The notes: generated by a model from the sequence alone, not told the origin. Positions 9,627-20,275 are shown, counted from the stretch's first letter. The stretch: DNA of 64,000 bases from Nitrosopumilus sp. (GCA_965223425.1 OZ245003.1:2400001-2464000); one strand, 5' to 3'. Translations and numbers: made by a program.

Positions 9627-10117
9627 CTGAGATAAGGCACCTTTGTTTCCACTGTGTACTCTGGATAATTTCGATAAACGAACTTCATTATTCCTTGTGT
9701 TGTCCATTCATCCCAATCAGATTTTTTATCTGTTAATTCTTCGAGATCAATGTCTAGTCTCTTTAGTTTTTTAGAAATCGTCCGTTTTCCTGAAGGAGTA
9801 ATAAAATATTGCACACCTTCTCCTTTTCCAGATTTTATTCTAATAAACCCCGAGTTTTTTAGAACCATAATGGAATCCTTGACTGTTTTGCTATATGCCC
9901 CAAATTTATAGGGAAAAAATCCAGGATCTGCCGTGTCTTTTTTAAATAGTGTTTTCCAAGCGAGAAAAACCTGTTTTTGTAATTTTGTGGTGCCTTTTAC
10001 TGGAGATATTGATAATAGCATGAGTGCCAAGTCGCTTCCTAAAAGCAACTCGTCCATTTTCTGGAAGTTATTCAAACTTCCGCTCGTGAACTGAATAGCT
10101 TCTAATTTTCTGGACAT
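9620..10117 (-). CDS. Panacea (DUF4065)/YwgA-like winged-helix protein
   Basis: GTTKLQKQVFL...FFPYKFGAYSKTV...YFITPSG...FVYRNYPEY pattern. Confidence 0.65.
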   Translation of the reverse strand: MSRKLEAIQFTSGSLNNFQKMDELLLGSDLALMLLSISPVKGTTKLQKQVFLAWKTLFKKDTADPGFFPYKFGAYSKTVKDSIMVLKNSGFIRIKSGKGEGVQYFITPSGKRTISKKLKRLDIDLEELTDKKSDWDEWTTQGIMKFVYRNYPEYTVETKVPYLRW

Positions 10118-10668
10118 GTTATTCTATTTCCTCCATATGATAGCCTTAGATAGATCTCATTCTTAATCGAGTCCACAATAACCCAACACATAATTCCTAC
10201 TCCGTGTTTTAGTGAGATTGTAATTTTTTTGCCCATGTGTTCATCTTTACATGGATTCAAACCATCAATCGACCATTTGTTGTAAATTTTATCCAAGCAG
10301 TTTTTAATACATTCAATTAATTTGATCATATCTACTTCTTCATATTGAACACTTTTCAGATGGGTTGCAAGTACATAAGGAATAATGACTCGTTTTGAAG
10401 AATCAGAGTGAATTGCTTCTAAAGGAGGTGTAGGATTGTTTGGATCTGCGGCATCAAGATTTCTACAAATAATACAGAATTTAGTAGTGTAAGTAGAATT
10501 AAATTCGTTTGTTCTTGTGATTGAACCTAAAGATCCCCTAAATTTTTCGTATGAAACCTCGGGTCTGAATTGATTATTTCTGATATTCCTGAATACTCGT
10601 TGTAAATTTTCTAGTTGGTTACTTCCACAAAATCTACAAAATATTTCAGCCAAAGTATTTCTTTTCAA
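10102..10668 (-). CDS. Hypothetical protein with two CxxC pairs
   Basis: CRFC and CIIC; overlaps the downstream gene by 16 bp. Confidence 0.6.
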   Translation of the reverse strand: MKRNTLAEIFCRFCGSNQLENLQRVFRNIRNNQFRPEVSYEKFRGSLGSITRTNEFNSTYTTKFCIICRNLDAADPNNPTPPLEAIHSDSSKRVIIPYVLATHLKSVQYEEVDMIKLIECIKNCLDKIYNKWSIDGLNPCKDEHMGKKITISLKHGVGIMCWVIVDSIKNEIYLRLSYGGNRITCPEN

Positions 10669-11043
10669 AGTATTACAATGATATAATTAAACAGGTTGGG
10701 TTGGAAACGCACATTTCTTATGATGCTATTCCGTTCACATACAAATACCTAGAAAAGATTGGAAATTCTGCAAAGATCAAGTCTGTCCTCCGTTATGTAG
10801 ACCAAAATTTTCAATCGCCTTCTCAATCCTCTTGATTAGTTCAATTTGTTCCTGTCTCACCACTCAACAATATGGAAGAGACTCGTTTTAATATGTTTAT
10901 AAAAAAATGGTAGGGATATTGTAGGCGTCCCAATCGCCTTCTGCCGTCGTTTGCCAAAGGTATCCGCACCCACAGTGGGCTCCGCTCCCATCCGGTCCAT
11001 TACCCTTAGAGTGCTTAAATTAGATTCTAGGCATGGAAAACGT

Positions 11044-11694
11044 ATGTTAAAAATTGATTTGAAGACAATATCTCAGGACGGTATCCCCTATGAAAAGTTT
11101 CTTGACGGCATAAAAAATGCTGGAACAAAAAGACACTATACAAAATACCTGCAACGATTTCTTGGAGAGATACCACCAAGTCTTTACGAGGAATTGAACA
11201 GTAAAATTCCAAATGAGACTGTAGAGTCACAAGCTGAATGTTTTGTGTTGTTGTGCAAGTCTCACAGCATAATTGGTACCAACATTATTTCTGAATACAT
11301 CAAACATTATGTCAAACTAGTAGAACAGGGCAGTATTAGTCCCAACACAATTCCAAACTATATCAAGCCAATCAAAGTTTTACTTGATACAAACGATGCC
11401 GCACTGCATTGGAAGCGTTTGTATCACCTGTATCCAAGACCTGTAAACTCTCAAGACAGGGCGTACACCAGAGAAGAGATCCAAAAGATGCTGTCACTTG
11501 CACATGACCTTACAGACAAGGTAATTTTGACCATGTTTTCTTCTGCAGGGTTTAGACTAGAGTCATGGGATTACTTTACGTGGCAGGATGTAGTTTTTTT
11601 CAGACACGAGGATGATACATTCAAAGGAGCAGCACTGCTGGTGTATCGCGGAGACCCTGAAAGCTACTGGACATTTATCACACCGGAGGCATGT
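11044..11694 (+). pseudogene. Tyrosine integrase N-terminal part, truncated by IS copy 2
   Basis: DRAYTREEIQKML, SSAGFRLESW (first catalytic Arg), LVYRGDPESYWTFITPEA; no HxxR/Tyr half after the IS. Confidence 0.8.
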
Positions 11695-13164
11695 CAGTAG
11701 TTCCCAGATGTATGCTTGTGCCCAGATGTATGCTTGTGCCCAGATGTCGGTGTGTTATCGCATATTGCAATGCAAAGATCCAGATTAGGTTATGGTGTGC
11801 AAGATGTCGTGAGCCTTCAAACACACGACGATCTGATCGCACACCAGTACGACATAGCATCAAACCGGTTTAAAATCCTGCGCTCGTCGTTTCAAAAGCT
11901 TGGCATGCCAATGTCTGAGAGGCACAACGCCGTATACGGATGCGGCGACATACTGGACGTGCTAATCAGGGCGTCTGAGAGAAACACGTTTGTAGAATCC
12001 CTCGTACGGCGCAGCAGGCTTCAAGACACGGGCGCACGTACGCCTGACGCAGACCTGGTCATGTCTGCAGTCCGTGGCGTCGAACCGGCAGACATGCAGA
12101 GCTGGTGTGCAAGGACGCTGGCACGCACGGTGCGGCACGCCGGCCGTGCAGGAATGCTGCAGGACATCGACGCCATTGCAATAGACGTTACGGACACGCC
12201 ATACCATGGGGAGCAGCTGCAGGGGCATACAAGAAAGTCGCGTCCAAAGGCAGGAACATCCACGTTTCTCTCGTATGTCGCAGTGCACGGAGTCGGCAGG
12301 GACTCCTCGCAGGTTGTCCCAGAGTCGAAGCTGCTGCCGGCAAAGGAGAAACTGGCCGATTTTATGGCCAAAACACGCACGAAAGTCCTCAGAGGGGGGG
12401 CGCACACTCAAAGACTGTGTTCCTGTACGACCGCGCCTTTTACAGCGCTGACTGCATGACAGAGGCAGGAAAGGGCGGGTGCCGCTATATCATGCCTGTC
12501 ATCATGAACTCCAAGATCAGGAGGACAGTCAGGCTGTACGAGGACGGAAAGGCAAGCCAGGTATCGCAGCAGTCAATGACCAACAAGGACGGCGTAACTG
12601 TGACCTACAACCTTGTAATTGTCAAAAGAGACAGGAAGAAGAAGAAGAAAAAAGGGGAGGGGGAAGAGGAGGAGGAGCAATACATTGCGTTTGCAACAAA
12701 CAGACCTTATGCATAATCGATCAAACTAATATTGCGAGATGATTTTTGCCTTAGTAAACCAATTTGATTTTGAATTTTTAGTCGATTACGCATAAGGTCT
12801 AACATTCCCATCAGGAGCGCCAGAGCCATGACAGGCATCATACCGGAGCAGTACCGCAAGATGGGGCATCGAGACGGGGTTTCGCGTCATAAAGGAAATC
12901 ATGGGCAGGACATGCAGCAGCTCCCTGTCTGTGAGGCCGCTGATGTTTTACCTGCCGCTGCTACTGTACAACCTGTGGAGGATTGCCAGGTTCTGCCCTG
13001 ATGCAGGAAAGAGGCATGGAAGAGTGTCTTCTGCGGGAAAAAAACTTACCATGATGCTGTTTATCGCGCATATTACAAGCAGGAACGAGTTGTTTGTCAA
13101 TGATCGAGGCAGGTAGAACCGATGCCAGTTGTGGTTGCGGTAAATCTACATCTGGGAACTACTG
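11695..13164 (+). mobile_element. ISH3-like insertion sequence, copy 2 (inactivated)
   Basis: 18-bp TIRs CAGTAGTTCCCAGATGTA; highly similar to copy 1; G7 vs G5 frameshift near 12394-12400, 2-bp deletion near 12860, MITE insertion. Confidence 0.9.
12702..12800. mobile_element. 99-bp MITE nested in IS copy 2
   Basis: 19-bp TIRs AGACCTTATGCATAATCGA / TCGATTACGCATAAGGTCT (1 mismatch); 3-bp TSD AAC; the empty site in copy 1 reads GCAACAAACATTCCC. Confidence 0.92.
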
Positions 13165-13209
13165 ACATACATTATAAAATGAATTTTTATAAAAAATTTA
13201 TTTTAAAAA

Positions 13210-14109
13210 TTAGTTATTATAAAAATAATCCTCATCAATTTTCTTTATTTTGTAAGTATCTTCTACATTAACTCCTATATTGTAATCATACATGTACTTA
13301 GATAATTTTTCCCCATTAATTAGAATAATCTTGATTTCGATATCTTTTATATACTCATATGTATCATTTGAAAAATCAGACGACGAAATGAAAATTCCTT
13401 TTTTGGATTTTTTGCTCATTAATGCCCCTGCAAAATCTCTAATTTGATGAATAGGTACGGCTCCTTTCCATCTTTTTGCTTGAAAATAAATCTCATCAAG
13501 TCCTAATTTATCTTCTTTAATTACACCATCAACTCCACCATCCCCTGTTCGACCTAAAACTTCATGATCAATCCCATATCCCATTTTTTTAATTAATTCT
13601 AATACTAAACGTTCAAAAAATTCGGGAGTATTTTTATTTATTTTTTCAAGTAATTCATTTTCAACATTTCTTCTAATACTATCATGCCCTGAAATGATCA
13701 TATCCTCAGGGGATTGTTCAGAAATTTCTACTATTTCGTCTTGTGAACATTCTTTTCTTTTTTCAATCATCTTGTTGTAGAATTCTTGATATTTTGGAAT
13801 AGTATCTAACAAAAAGTTTCTATCAATTTTTTGTGGATTTTTTTCCAGTATTCTCTTTCCATCCTCAGTTATTGATACAATACTTTTTTTTTGATTTACA
13901 AGTCCAGCTTTTTTCAGTTCAAATGCTGCCCATCCTACTCTATTTTCAAATAACGTTTGACCACCACTAGGTTTGAGCTGATTTCGTTCTTCATTTGTTA
14001 GATTAAACTGATCTGCAAGAATTTTTTTTAATTCATTACGATGAAATTCTTGTCCGTCTCTACAAATTTTCAACATTGGCAACATCAATTTTTGATATTT
14101 AGGAATCAT
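13210..14109 (-). CDS. mrr: Mrr-family type IV restriction endonuclease
   Basis: Mrr_N (MIPKYQKLMLPML...FENRVGWA...LKKAGL) plus Mrr_cat (FFERLV...MGY...DGGVDG...FQAKRW). Confidence 0.92.
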   Translation of the reverse strand: MIPKYQKLMLPMLKICRDGQEFHRNELKKILADQFNLTNEERNQLKPSGGQTLFENRVGWAAFELKKAGLVNQKKSIVSITEDGKRILEKNPQKIDRNFLLDTIPKYQEFYNKMIEKRKECSQDEIVEISEQSPEDMIISGHDSIRRNVENELLEKINKNTPEFFERLVLELIKKMGYGIDHEVLGRTGDGGVDGVIKEDKLGLDEIYFQAKRWKGAVPIHQIRDFAGALMSKKSKKGIFISSSDFSNDTYEYIKDIEIKIILINGEKLSKYMYDYNIGVNVEDTYKIKKIDEDYFYNN

Positions 14110-14369
14110 GACATGTGTTATTTTATTTCTTACTTTTAAATATTGATTTGAAAACAGTAGCTGGGATTGTACATTTTGGACATAGGCAAAACTGATCATT
14201 TTAAGAACAAAACACGATCAACCAGATCCAAATACATGATGCTCACCCAGGTGGTCATCGCCTACCGGATGACTGGTGGACTGCTTTGGAATGGTACAAT
14301 CCCAACTACTGGATTATTAGACAGAATCAATAAGAGGCAATTATAAATCTACTATTGTGATTATGGCTA

Positions 14370-15383
14370 TTACGGTTGAGTTTTTTCTAGAATGTATACA
14401 TCTACTTCAGGTATAGTCATGGTGTTTCCAAAAATTGTGTCATGTTCCCTTAGGCCAGTAAAGATGCCCCATATTTTAACACTGTCTGGATCCTGGCTGA
14501 ATGGGTTCAGTGTTTTCTCAAGCTCCTCAACCCATTGTCTCTCCTTGTCTGTATTTGGATCAAAGTTGGACCATATCGAATCGGTTGCAAACGGTTGGTC
14601 AGATACCTGTACCCTTAACACATACGAATTGAAGTTATTCAGCACCTGTTCTATGTCCCCCTCGTAGTGTATTATCTCGCCTTTGTATCTCTCGCTCTCC
14701 TCCATGAGTGATGCGTGTGGGATGGTGGGCGCACTCTGTTTTATCTGATCGTCTGTCATGTCAGTTACCGATACCCTTGAGCCTTCAAATTCGTAGTACA
14801 CAGATCCAAGCAGACTTGCCAGCAGCAGGATTGGCATGACAGATAGAACGGCACCCAGGATGAGTGTCTTGCGGGCCCTTGGAGGATCTTGTTTTCTAAG
14901 GCAAAAATACGATATTGCACCGCCTATTATGGAAAAAAATATCGGCAAGAGGTACCACGCCGCACTTGACTGGCGTGGTTGGTTTATGATAACGATGTTC
15001 TTGTCCCTGCTGGCATCAGACGGAATTGGATCTTGTGGTGCCTGTGCGTGTATCGCGGGTGAAGGGTCTGTTTCTGGCCCCTGTCTGGAGGGCTCGTCGC
15101 TTGGTGTTTTGTCTGTTTTCACATGATCATGATTTTGTATGTCATGTTTTGATACGTTTCCAGATATCCTGCTTTTTAGGCTCTCAAGGTACTTCCTGTC
15201 CGAATCATACAAGTCTTTTCCGTTTTGAAGCATGGACTTTATGTGGTCAAGCCTTCCTGTATCACCTATGTCAAGTCTGAGAAGTGCCTCAACATCTGCA
15301 ACGGCATCAGAATCCAAGTCGAACAAGGTATTCCAGTTTGTTATTTTAACCTTGGCAGGTATTTGCCGGAAATCTCTACGCAC
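14370..15383 (-). CDS. Membrane-anchored hypothetical protein (start uncertain)
   Basis: TM hairpin WYLLPIFFSIIGG...DPPRARKTLILG and N-terminal GDxxRL module shared with the neighbouring gene. Confidence 0.7.
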   Translation of the reverse strand: MRRDFRQIPAKVKITNWNTLFDLDSDAVADVEALLRLDIGDTGRLDHIKSMLQNGKDLYDSDRKYLESLKSRISGNVSKHDIQNHDHVKTDKTPSDEPSRQGPETDPSPAIHAQAPQDPIPSDASRDKNIVIINQPRQSSAAWYLLPIFFSIIGGAISYFCLRKQDPPRARKTLILGAVLSVMPILLLASLLGSVYYEFEGSRVSVTDMTDDQIKQSAPTIPHASLMEESERYKGEIIHYEGDIEQVLNNFNSYVLRVQVSDQPFATDSIWSNFDPNTDKERQWVEELEKTLNPFSQDPDSVKIWGIFTGLREHDTIFGNTMTIPEVDVYILEKTQP

Positions 15384-16549
15384 TCAAGATCATCGTCCAA
15401 TGAGTCCAGCAGGCGCACCACCTCATTGTGTCTCTCGGTATTAAGGAGCAGCAGATCTTGGTCAGCAGTACCTGTTTTGAGATCTTCTCTCTCAAGGATA
15501 ATTTCTAGCAGGATTTTTTTGGCAGACTCTATCTGTAAAAGTATGTCCTGTCCATGCTGTGTTCTGAGTGTGGGTTTGGCAATGTCAGGTACGGAATATC
15601 CACGGTTGTCATATGTGGAGACGGTATCAACATCAAAGAATTCTCCAGAATACATCAGGTGGTCTTCGTCATCGATGTGCCGCAGGCCCAGATAGTGTCC
15701 TATTTCGTGCGCAACTGTGTGTTTTAGTGACTCCGTATGGTACAGTTGATAGTCAGAATGGCAGTCGTCGTTTCCCAATCTAATTGTAATTACGTGATTT
15801 TCGGCACTGCCGGATTCTTTATCAAAAACAGTATGCAGTCCCAAGTTACCCGCAGGTATCCATCGCATCCATTCTATGTGCAGGTCTGCATCTGACTCGA
15901 CTATTTCAAATTGGAGAAACGTGTTGGAATATTCCCATGCATATAGGGCATGCTCCAGTGCAGGAGTTGCTAGGTCTGGATCAGCATAGTCTGGAATGTC
16001 AGTGTATGATACAGTATGCGTCTCGTATTCGTGTAGCGATGCAGTGGCGGCTTCAGACTCGCTTCCAAGTTTGATTTTCTCCGGTACGGCATCTACTTCT
16101 TCCCGAGCTTCGTCTGCATATATGGTCTCGTCTACTGCGTTGGCAGGAGGATCGCCTGCTATGTCTGTCTCATCAGACACAATGCCTGCTGCCACAATAG
16201 TCACAAATATGGCAAAGGTTCCAGAACCCAACAACAGTGTCTTGCGTGCACGTGGCGGGTCTACGTGACGCAATCCAAGGTACGCAATGATTCCGCCTAT
16301 GATTGACAGAAATATTGGAAGCAAATACCATGTTCGGCTTGACTTTCTGCCAGATATGGGTGCATCATCTCGTTTCAGGTAGCGAACATGATCAAACATG
16401 TCATATACATAATCAATATCGTCCTGACGGATGTCGTTGTCTAAAATCCTGTTTCTTATGCGAACCAATCTATCTAGATCACCGATCTCCAGCCTTTGCA
16501 GTGCGCTTATCATGTTCAGTATGTCGTTTGTTTTTCGCTCCGTCATCAT
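15341..16549 (-). CDS. Membrane-anchored matrixin (M10-like metzincin) metalloprotease
   Basis: HEIGHYLGLRH zinc motif and LMY Met-turn; same TM hairpin as the neighbouring gene. Confidence 0.85.
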   Translation of the reverse strand: MMTERKTNDILNMISALQRLEIGDLDRLVRIRNRILDNDIRQDDIDYVYDMFDHVRYLKRDDAPISGRKSSRTWYLLPIFLSIIGGIIAYLGLRHVDPPRARKTLLLGSGTFAIFVTIVAAGIVSDETDIAGDPPANAVDETIYADEAREEVDAVPEKIKLGSESEAATASLHEYETHTVSYTDIPDYADPDLATPALEHALYAWEYSNTFLQFEIVESDADLHIEWMRWIPAGNLGLHTVFDKESGSAENHVITIRLGNDDCHSDYQLYHTESLKHTVAHEIGHYLGLRHIDDEDHLMYSGEFFDVDTVSTYDNRGYSVPDIAKPTLRTQHGQDILLQIESAKKILLEIILEREDLKTGTADQDLLLLNTERHNEVVRLLDSLDDDLECVEISGKYLPRLK

Positions 16550-17194
16550 GCGTTACAGGTGTTGTGATTATTTCATTGTTTTCTCCAATATGAAAACAGG
16601 AAGTTGTACCGTAAGCGTACAATAACAATTGTTGACTTGTTCAATCAAAATGATAGCCAACAGTATGATTGGATCGTCATAGATCATCATGATTTTGGAG
16701 CCTGTGAAGAATGTGTAAAACATGTAAAACTAAAACATGTTCAAAAACATAAAAAATTTCTAAAGAATTGTGATGGATCTATGTGGAATTTTATTTTCGA
16801 CTAAATCGAGTAACTATTGTATTGACGATAGATAATTTCCCGGGGTTTCTGGAGGCCTGACAAACTAAAGTTAGGGATTTGTGCTTTGAAACCAATTAAA
16901 TTGATTTTCATGGTCACTGATGTTAAAGTGGAATCTCATCCATTACATTATCACAGGAAGAACTGGTATAGCGAAGTGGAGTTTGGACAACAAGAAAAAT
17001 CACATGCCCATATAAGCTAACAGATAGAATTCTTTCCGTAGTCCATTGATTGACACAATGCACAGCAAGGTAGTTTGTTGCATAACTTGGATCCTAGGCA
17101 CGAAATTTACCCAACTTTTGACTGGCTTAGGCGTGTTATACAACAAACTATAATTTTCTAAATTCTTTTATTTGTTGAATGTTTAGAAATATTT

Positions 17195-17398
17195 GTGACC
17201 TATGAGAAAGCCCAAATTATTTACAAAAAACGTCATGGCATAACGGTCAAAACTTGTTGGATTGCAGATATTAAACGAAAACATGGCAAGACCAAACACG
17301 AATCTTGGAATAGAATAGGAATAAAACCAAAATATCCGTGCCCTGATAATATATTTCCAAAACTTGAGAAAATTCTTAAAGAATTGAATATGGTTTGA
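17195..17398 (+). CDS. Small basic hypothetical protein
   Basis: 67-aa ORF downstream of an AT-rich promoter-like tract. Confidence 0.5.
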   Translation: MTYEKAQIIYKKRHGITVKTCWIADIKRKHGKTKHESWNRIGIKPKYPCPDNIFPKLEKILKELNMV

Positions 17399-17505
17399 TC
17401 AGCACCTGCCTAGAGTAACACTCGATTCAATTTATGCAAAACACCCTCCAAAGTACCAGTGTAGTACAATTGGTTTAAATTAATAACATTTGATTCCAAG
17501 CTGGA

Positions 17506-18501
17506 TTGATAGTAATAGACGAGGACAGGATCTTCAAGGAGATTGAAGGCAAAAACCCGGCATCAGTTTCATTAAACGGCCCTGATGGAATTTTGCCCCA
17601 AGTCCAAGAAACCGCTATGAAAATCACAGAAAAGTTCGGAATACCGGCTTACGTCTTGGCAGACACGACATGGGGAACCTGTGATCTGAATTCAAACGGC
17701 TCCAAAGTGCTCGGAGCAGAAATTCAGTTTAACATAGGACACACAATAAACACCGAATCATTAGAAAAGAATCTAGTCTTAATTGACGCATTTGATGATG
17801 TTGAGTTTGATGGTGTCGCAAAAAAATGCGCCGGCATCTTGAAAGAAAAAACAGTTTCACTAGTTACAGACAGCCAGCATCTGCATAAAGTAGACAAGGT
17901 TGAAAAAATTTTAACAGAAAACGGAATTAACGTAAAGGTTGGAAAAGGCAAGGGACAGCTAAACGATGGCCAGGTGTTTGGTTGTGAATTTTATCCCGCG
18001 ACAGATCTAAAAAAAGAAGTTGATGCCTATGTGTTTCTAGGACAGAGCAATTTCCATGCAGCAGGAATTGCACTGTCAACGAACCTGCCAACCTATGTTT
18101 TGGATCCTTACTTTAATGAGGTAAGGGAAGTTACAGAATTTGCACAAAAGCTAAAAAAAAAGGCCACACTTGCAGTATACAAAGCAGCTGAGGCAAAGTC
18201 ATTTGGGGTCATTGTCGGATTAAAGGAAGGGCAGCTATCCAAGGTGTTTGCCTTGAAGATCAAAAAAGAGTTAGAAAAAGAAGGAAAGCAGGTTCAATTG
18301 TTTGCACTGACTGACATCACAAATGAAAGGTTAAGAAATCTCAAGGGAATCGACGCCTTTGTTCAGGTGGCATGCCCGCGAATTTCCACAGACAACCAAT
18401 TTGACAAGCCTGTGCTGTCTACGCCCCAGGCAAACGCCCTTCTCAAAATTCTGCGAAACGAAAGCATTGAGGGGTATTTAGAAATTCCACACTGGCTGTA
18501 A
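17506..18501 (+). CDS. dph2: Diphthamide biosynthesis enzyme Dph2
   Basis: WGTCD, GQVFGC and ACPRI radical-SAM Cys motifs. Confidence 0.93.
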   Translation: MIVIDEDRIFKEIEGKNPASVSLNGPDGILPQVQETAMKITEKFGIPAYVLADTTWGTCDLNSNGSKVLGAEIQFNIGHTINTESLEKNLVLIDAFDDVEFDGVAKKCAGILKEKTVSLVTDSQHLHKVDKVEKILTENGINVKVGKGKGQLNDGQVFGCEFYPATDLKKEVDAYVFLGQSNFHAAGIALSTNLPTYVLDPYFNEVREVTEFAQKLKKKATLAVYKAAEAKSFGVIVGLKEGQLSKVFALKIKKELEKEGKQVQLFALTDITNERLRNLKGIDAFVQVACPRISTDNQFDKPVLSTPQANALLKILRNESIEGYLEIPHWL

Positions 18502-19101
18502 TCAGGACACCAGTCTTTTAAATCTGGAATAATCAGATAGTTTATCAAACAACTCAGATTTTTTTGCCTTTGCTTTGTATTGCATTCCTTGAGAAACTGC
18601 GTGCTCAAGGGAATCAAGTGCCTCATCAAATTTTGACAGCATTGCAAGATCACATGATTTATCAAGCAAGACATCACCGTTATCCGGATAATCCTTTAGA
18701 ATAACATTGCAGCATGAAAGCGATTCGTCAAATTTTTCCATAGAAAACAGAATTCGCTCTTTATGATACAAGACAACATTGTATTTCGGATTGTCATGTA
18801 AAATTTTCTCACACAACGACAATGCCTCAGCAAAATTCCCTTTTTTTCGAAGAGAGGATATTTTATTAGTCAACACGGAAAGGTCGTCAGGATATCTCTG
18901 CAAGGCAGCATCATAACACCTCATCGCACTATCAAAATCTTTGAGCTTGCTTAGAGCATATCCCTTGTTGTTAAGGGAGCTGAGGTTATCCGGGCAATCT
19001 CTTAGAATTCTGTCATAATATGAGATTGCCTCTTTTAGCTTGCCCTGGAGAAACAGTCTGTTTCCTTCATCTAAAATTGGGTTTGTTTTAGGATCTGCCA
19101 T
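18502..19101 (-). CDS. Tetratricopeptide repeat protein
   Basis: Repeated TPR-like units (LNNKGYAL...AMRCYDAAL). Confidence 0.85.
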   Translation of the reverse strand: MADPKTNPILDEGNRLFLQGKLKEAISYYDRILRDCPDNLSSLNNKGYALSKLKDFDSAMRCYDAALQRYPDDLSVLTNKISSLRKKGNFAEALSLCEKILHDNPKYNVVLYHKERILFSMEKFDESLSCCNVILKDYPDNGDVLLDKSCDLAMLSKFDEALDSLEHAVSQGMQYKAKAKKSELFDKLSDYSRFKRLVS

Positions 19102-19102
19102 G

Positions 19103-20182
19103 TCAATCAGAGTTTGGTTTCATCAGGATTTTTCCAAAAAGGCCTTTGCCTTTGAGCATTTTTGCGTGAGCTTCTGCTGCCTGTTCAAGCAGATATGTCG
19201 AGTCAATTACAGATTTTATTTTCCCCTGAGACATCCAGTAAAGGCCTTGTTCCAGCTCAGCTCTGGTTCCCTGGGTTGAGCCCAAAATGTTGATTCCCTT
19301 GAAAAAAATGTGACGCAGGTCAGTTGGGGCATCATAGCCTGTCGTGGCCCCGGTAGTTACAATCGTTCCGCCATAGTTTAGCAAAGTCAGCTCTTTATTC
19401 CAATGGGATCCACCAATGTGCTCAAAAATTACATCAACCCCAGGTACGTCACCGCAGGGCTTTGAAATCTTTTTTGAAATCGCTCTGACTTCTTTGTGCC
19501 AGTCGTTATTTCTATGGTCTATCGCATAGTCAGCGCCCAGTTCCAATAATTTATTTAATTTATCAGGACTGGCAGTGGCAATTACAGTACATCCAAAAAG
19601 TTTTGCAATCTGAATTCCATAGTTTCCAACGCCAGAGCTTCCGCCCATGACCAAAACCAGTTGTCCGGGATGAATTTCTGCCCTGCCAACAAGCATGTGC
19701 CACGATGTAACTAGCGTCATGGAGGCAGCAGCTGCATCATCATATGACACGGCATCAGGAATCCTCACGACATTAGCTTCGGGAAGGTGGGCCTCCTCGC
19801 AGTATCCCCCCCAAAGCGGACCGGTTTGAAACCCCCAAATTGTCCGGCTTTTACAGTCGTATTCCCGTCCACCAGTACATGCCTTGCAGACTCTGCACGA
19901 GATGTTTCCATGGGATACCACCCTGTCCCCAACTTTGATGTTTTTTACATCACTGCCGACTTTGATGACCTCTCCTGCAGCATCTGTTCCAGAAATGTGG
20001 GGCAGCGGAACTGCCAAGGGCTTTCCCCTCATTCCCCAGATGTCATCATAGTTCAGCGACGCTGCCTTGACCTTGAAAACGACTTCACGGGGTTTTGGTT
20101 CAGGGGAAGGAATGTCTCTGATTTTCAAGATTTTAGAAAAATCATCATTCTCAGCATATCGATCATATACCAGGGCCTTCAT
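19103..20182 (-). CDS. Zinc-binding alcohol dehydrogenase/MDR family oxidoreductase
   Basis: GTDAAG, CRVCKAC..GREYDC and GGSSGVG. Confidence 0.9.
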   Translation of the reverse strand: MKALVYDRYAENDDFSKILKIRDIPSPEPKPREVVFKVKAASLNYDDIWGMRGKPLAVPLPHISGTDAAGEVIKVGSDVKNIKVGDRVVSHGNISCRVCKACTGGREYDCKSRTIWGFQTGPLWGGYCEEAHLPEANVVRIPDAVSYDDAAAASMTLVTSWHMLVGRAEIHPGQLVLVMGGSSGVGNYGIQIAKLFGCTVIATASPDKLNKLLELGADYAIDHRNNDWHKEVRAISKKISKPCGDVPGVDVIFEHIGGSHWNKELTLLNYGGTIVTTGATTGYDAPTDLRHIFFKGINILGSTQGTRAELEQGLYWMSQGKIKSVIDSTYLLEQAAEAHAKMLKGKGLFGKILMKPNSD

Positions 20183-20275
20183 GATTTTTTTCAAGTTTTT
20201 AGAGATATATGATTTGCCAATATCGTCTTTCAGAAGACCACAAACAATTATAATCACAACAGCAAAAATCACAGC

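Noticed and set aside
16604-17160. Coding potential in the long intergenic region at the island edge
   Set aside because: Only short ORFs without recognisable motifs.
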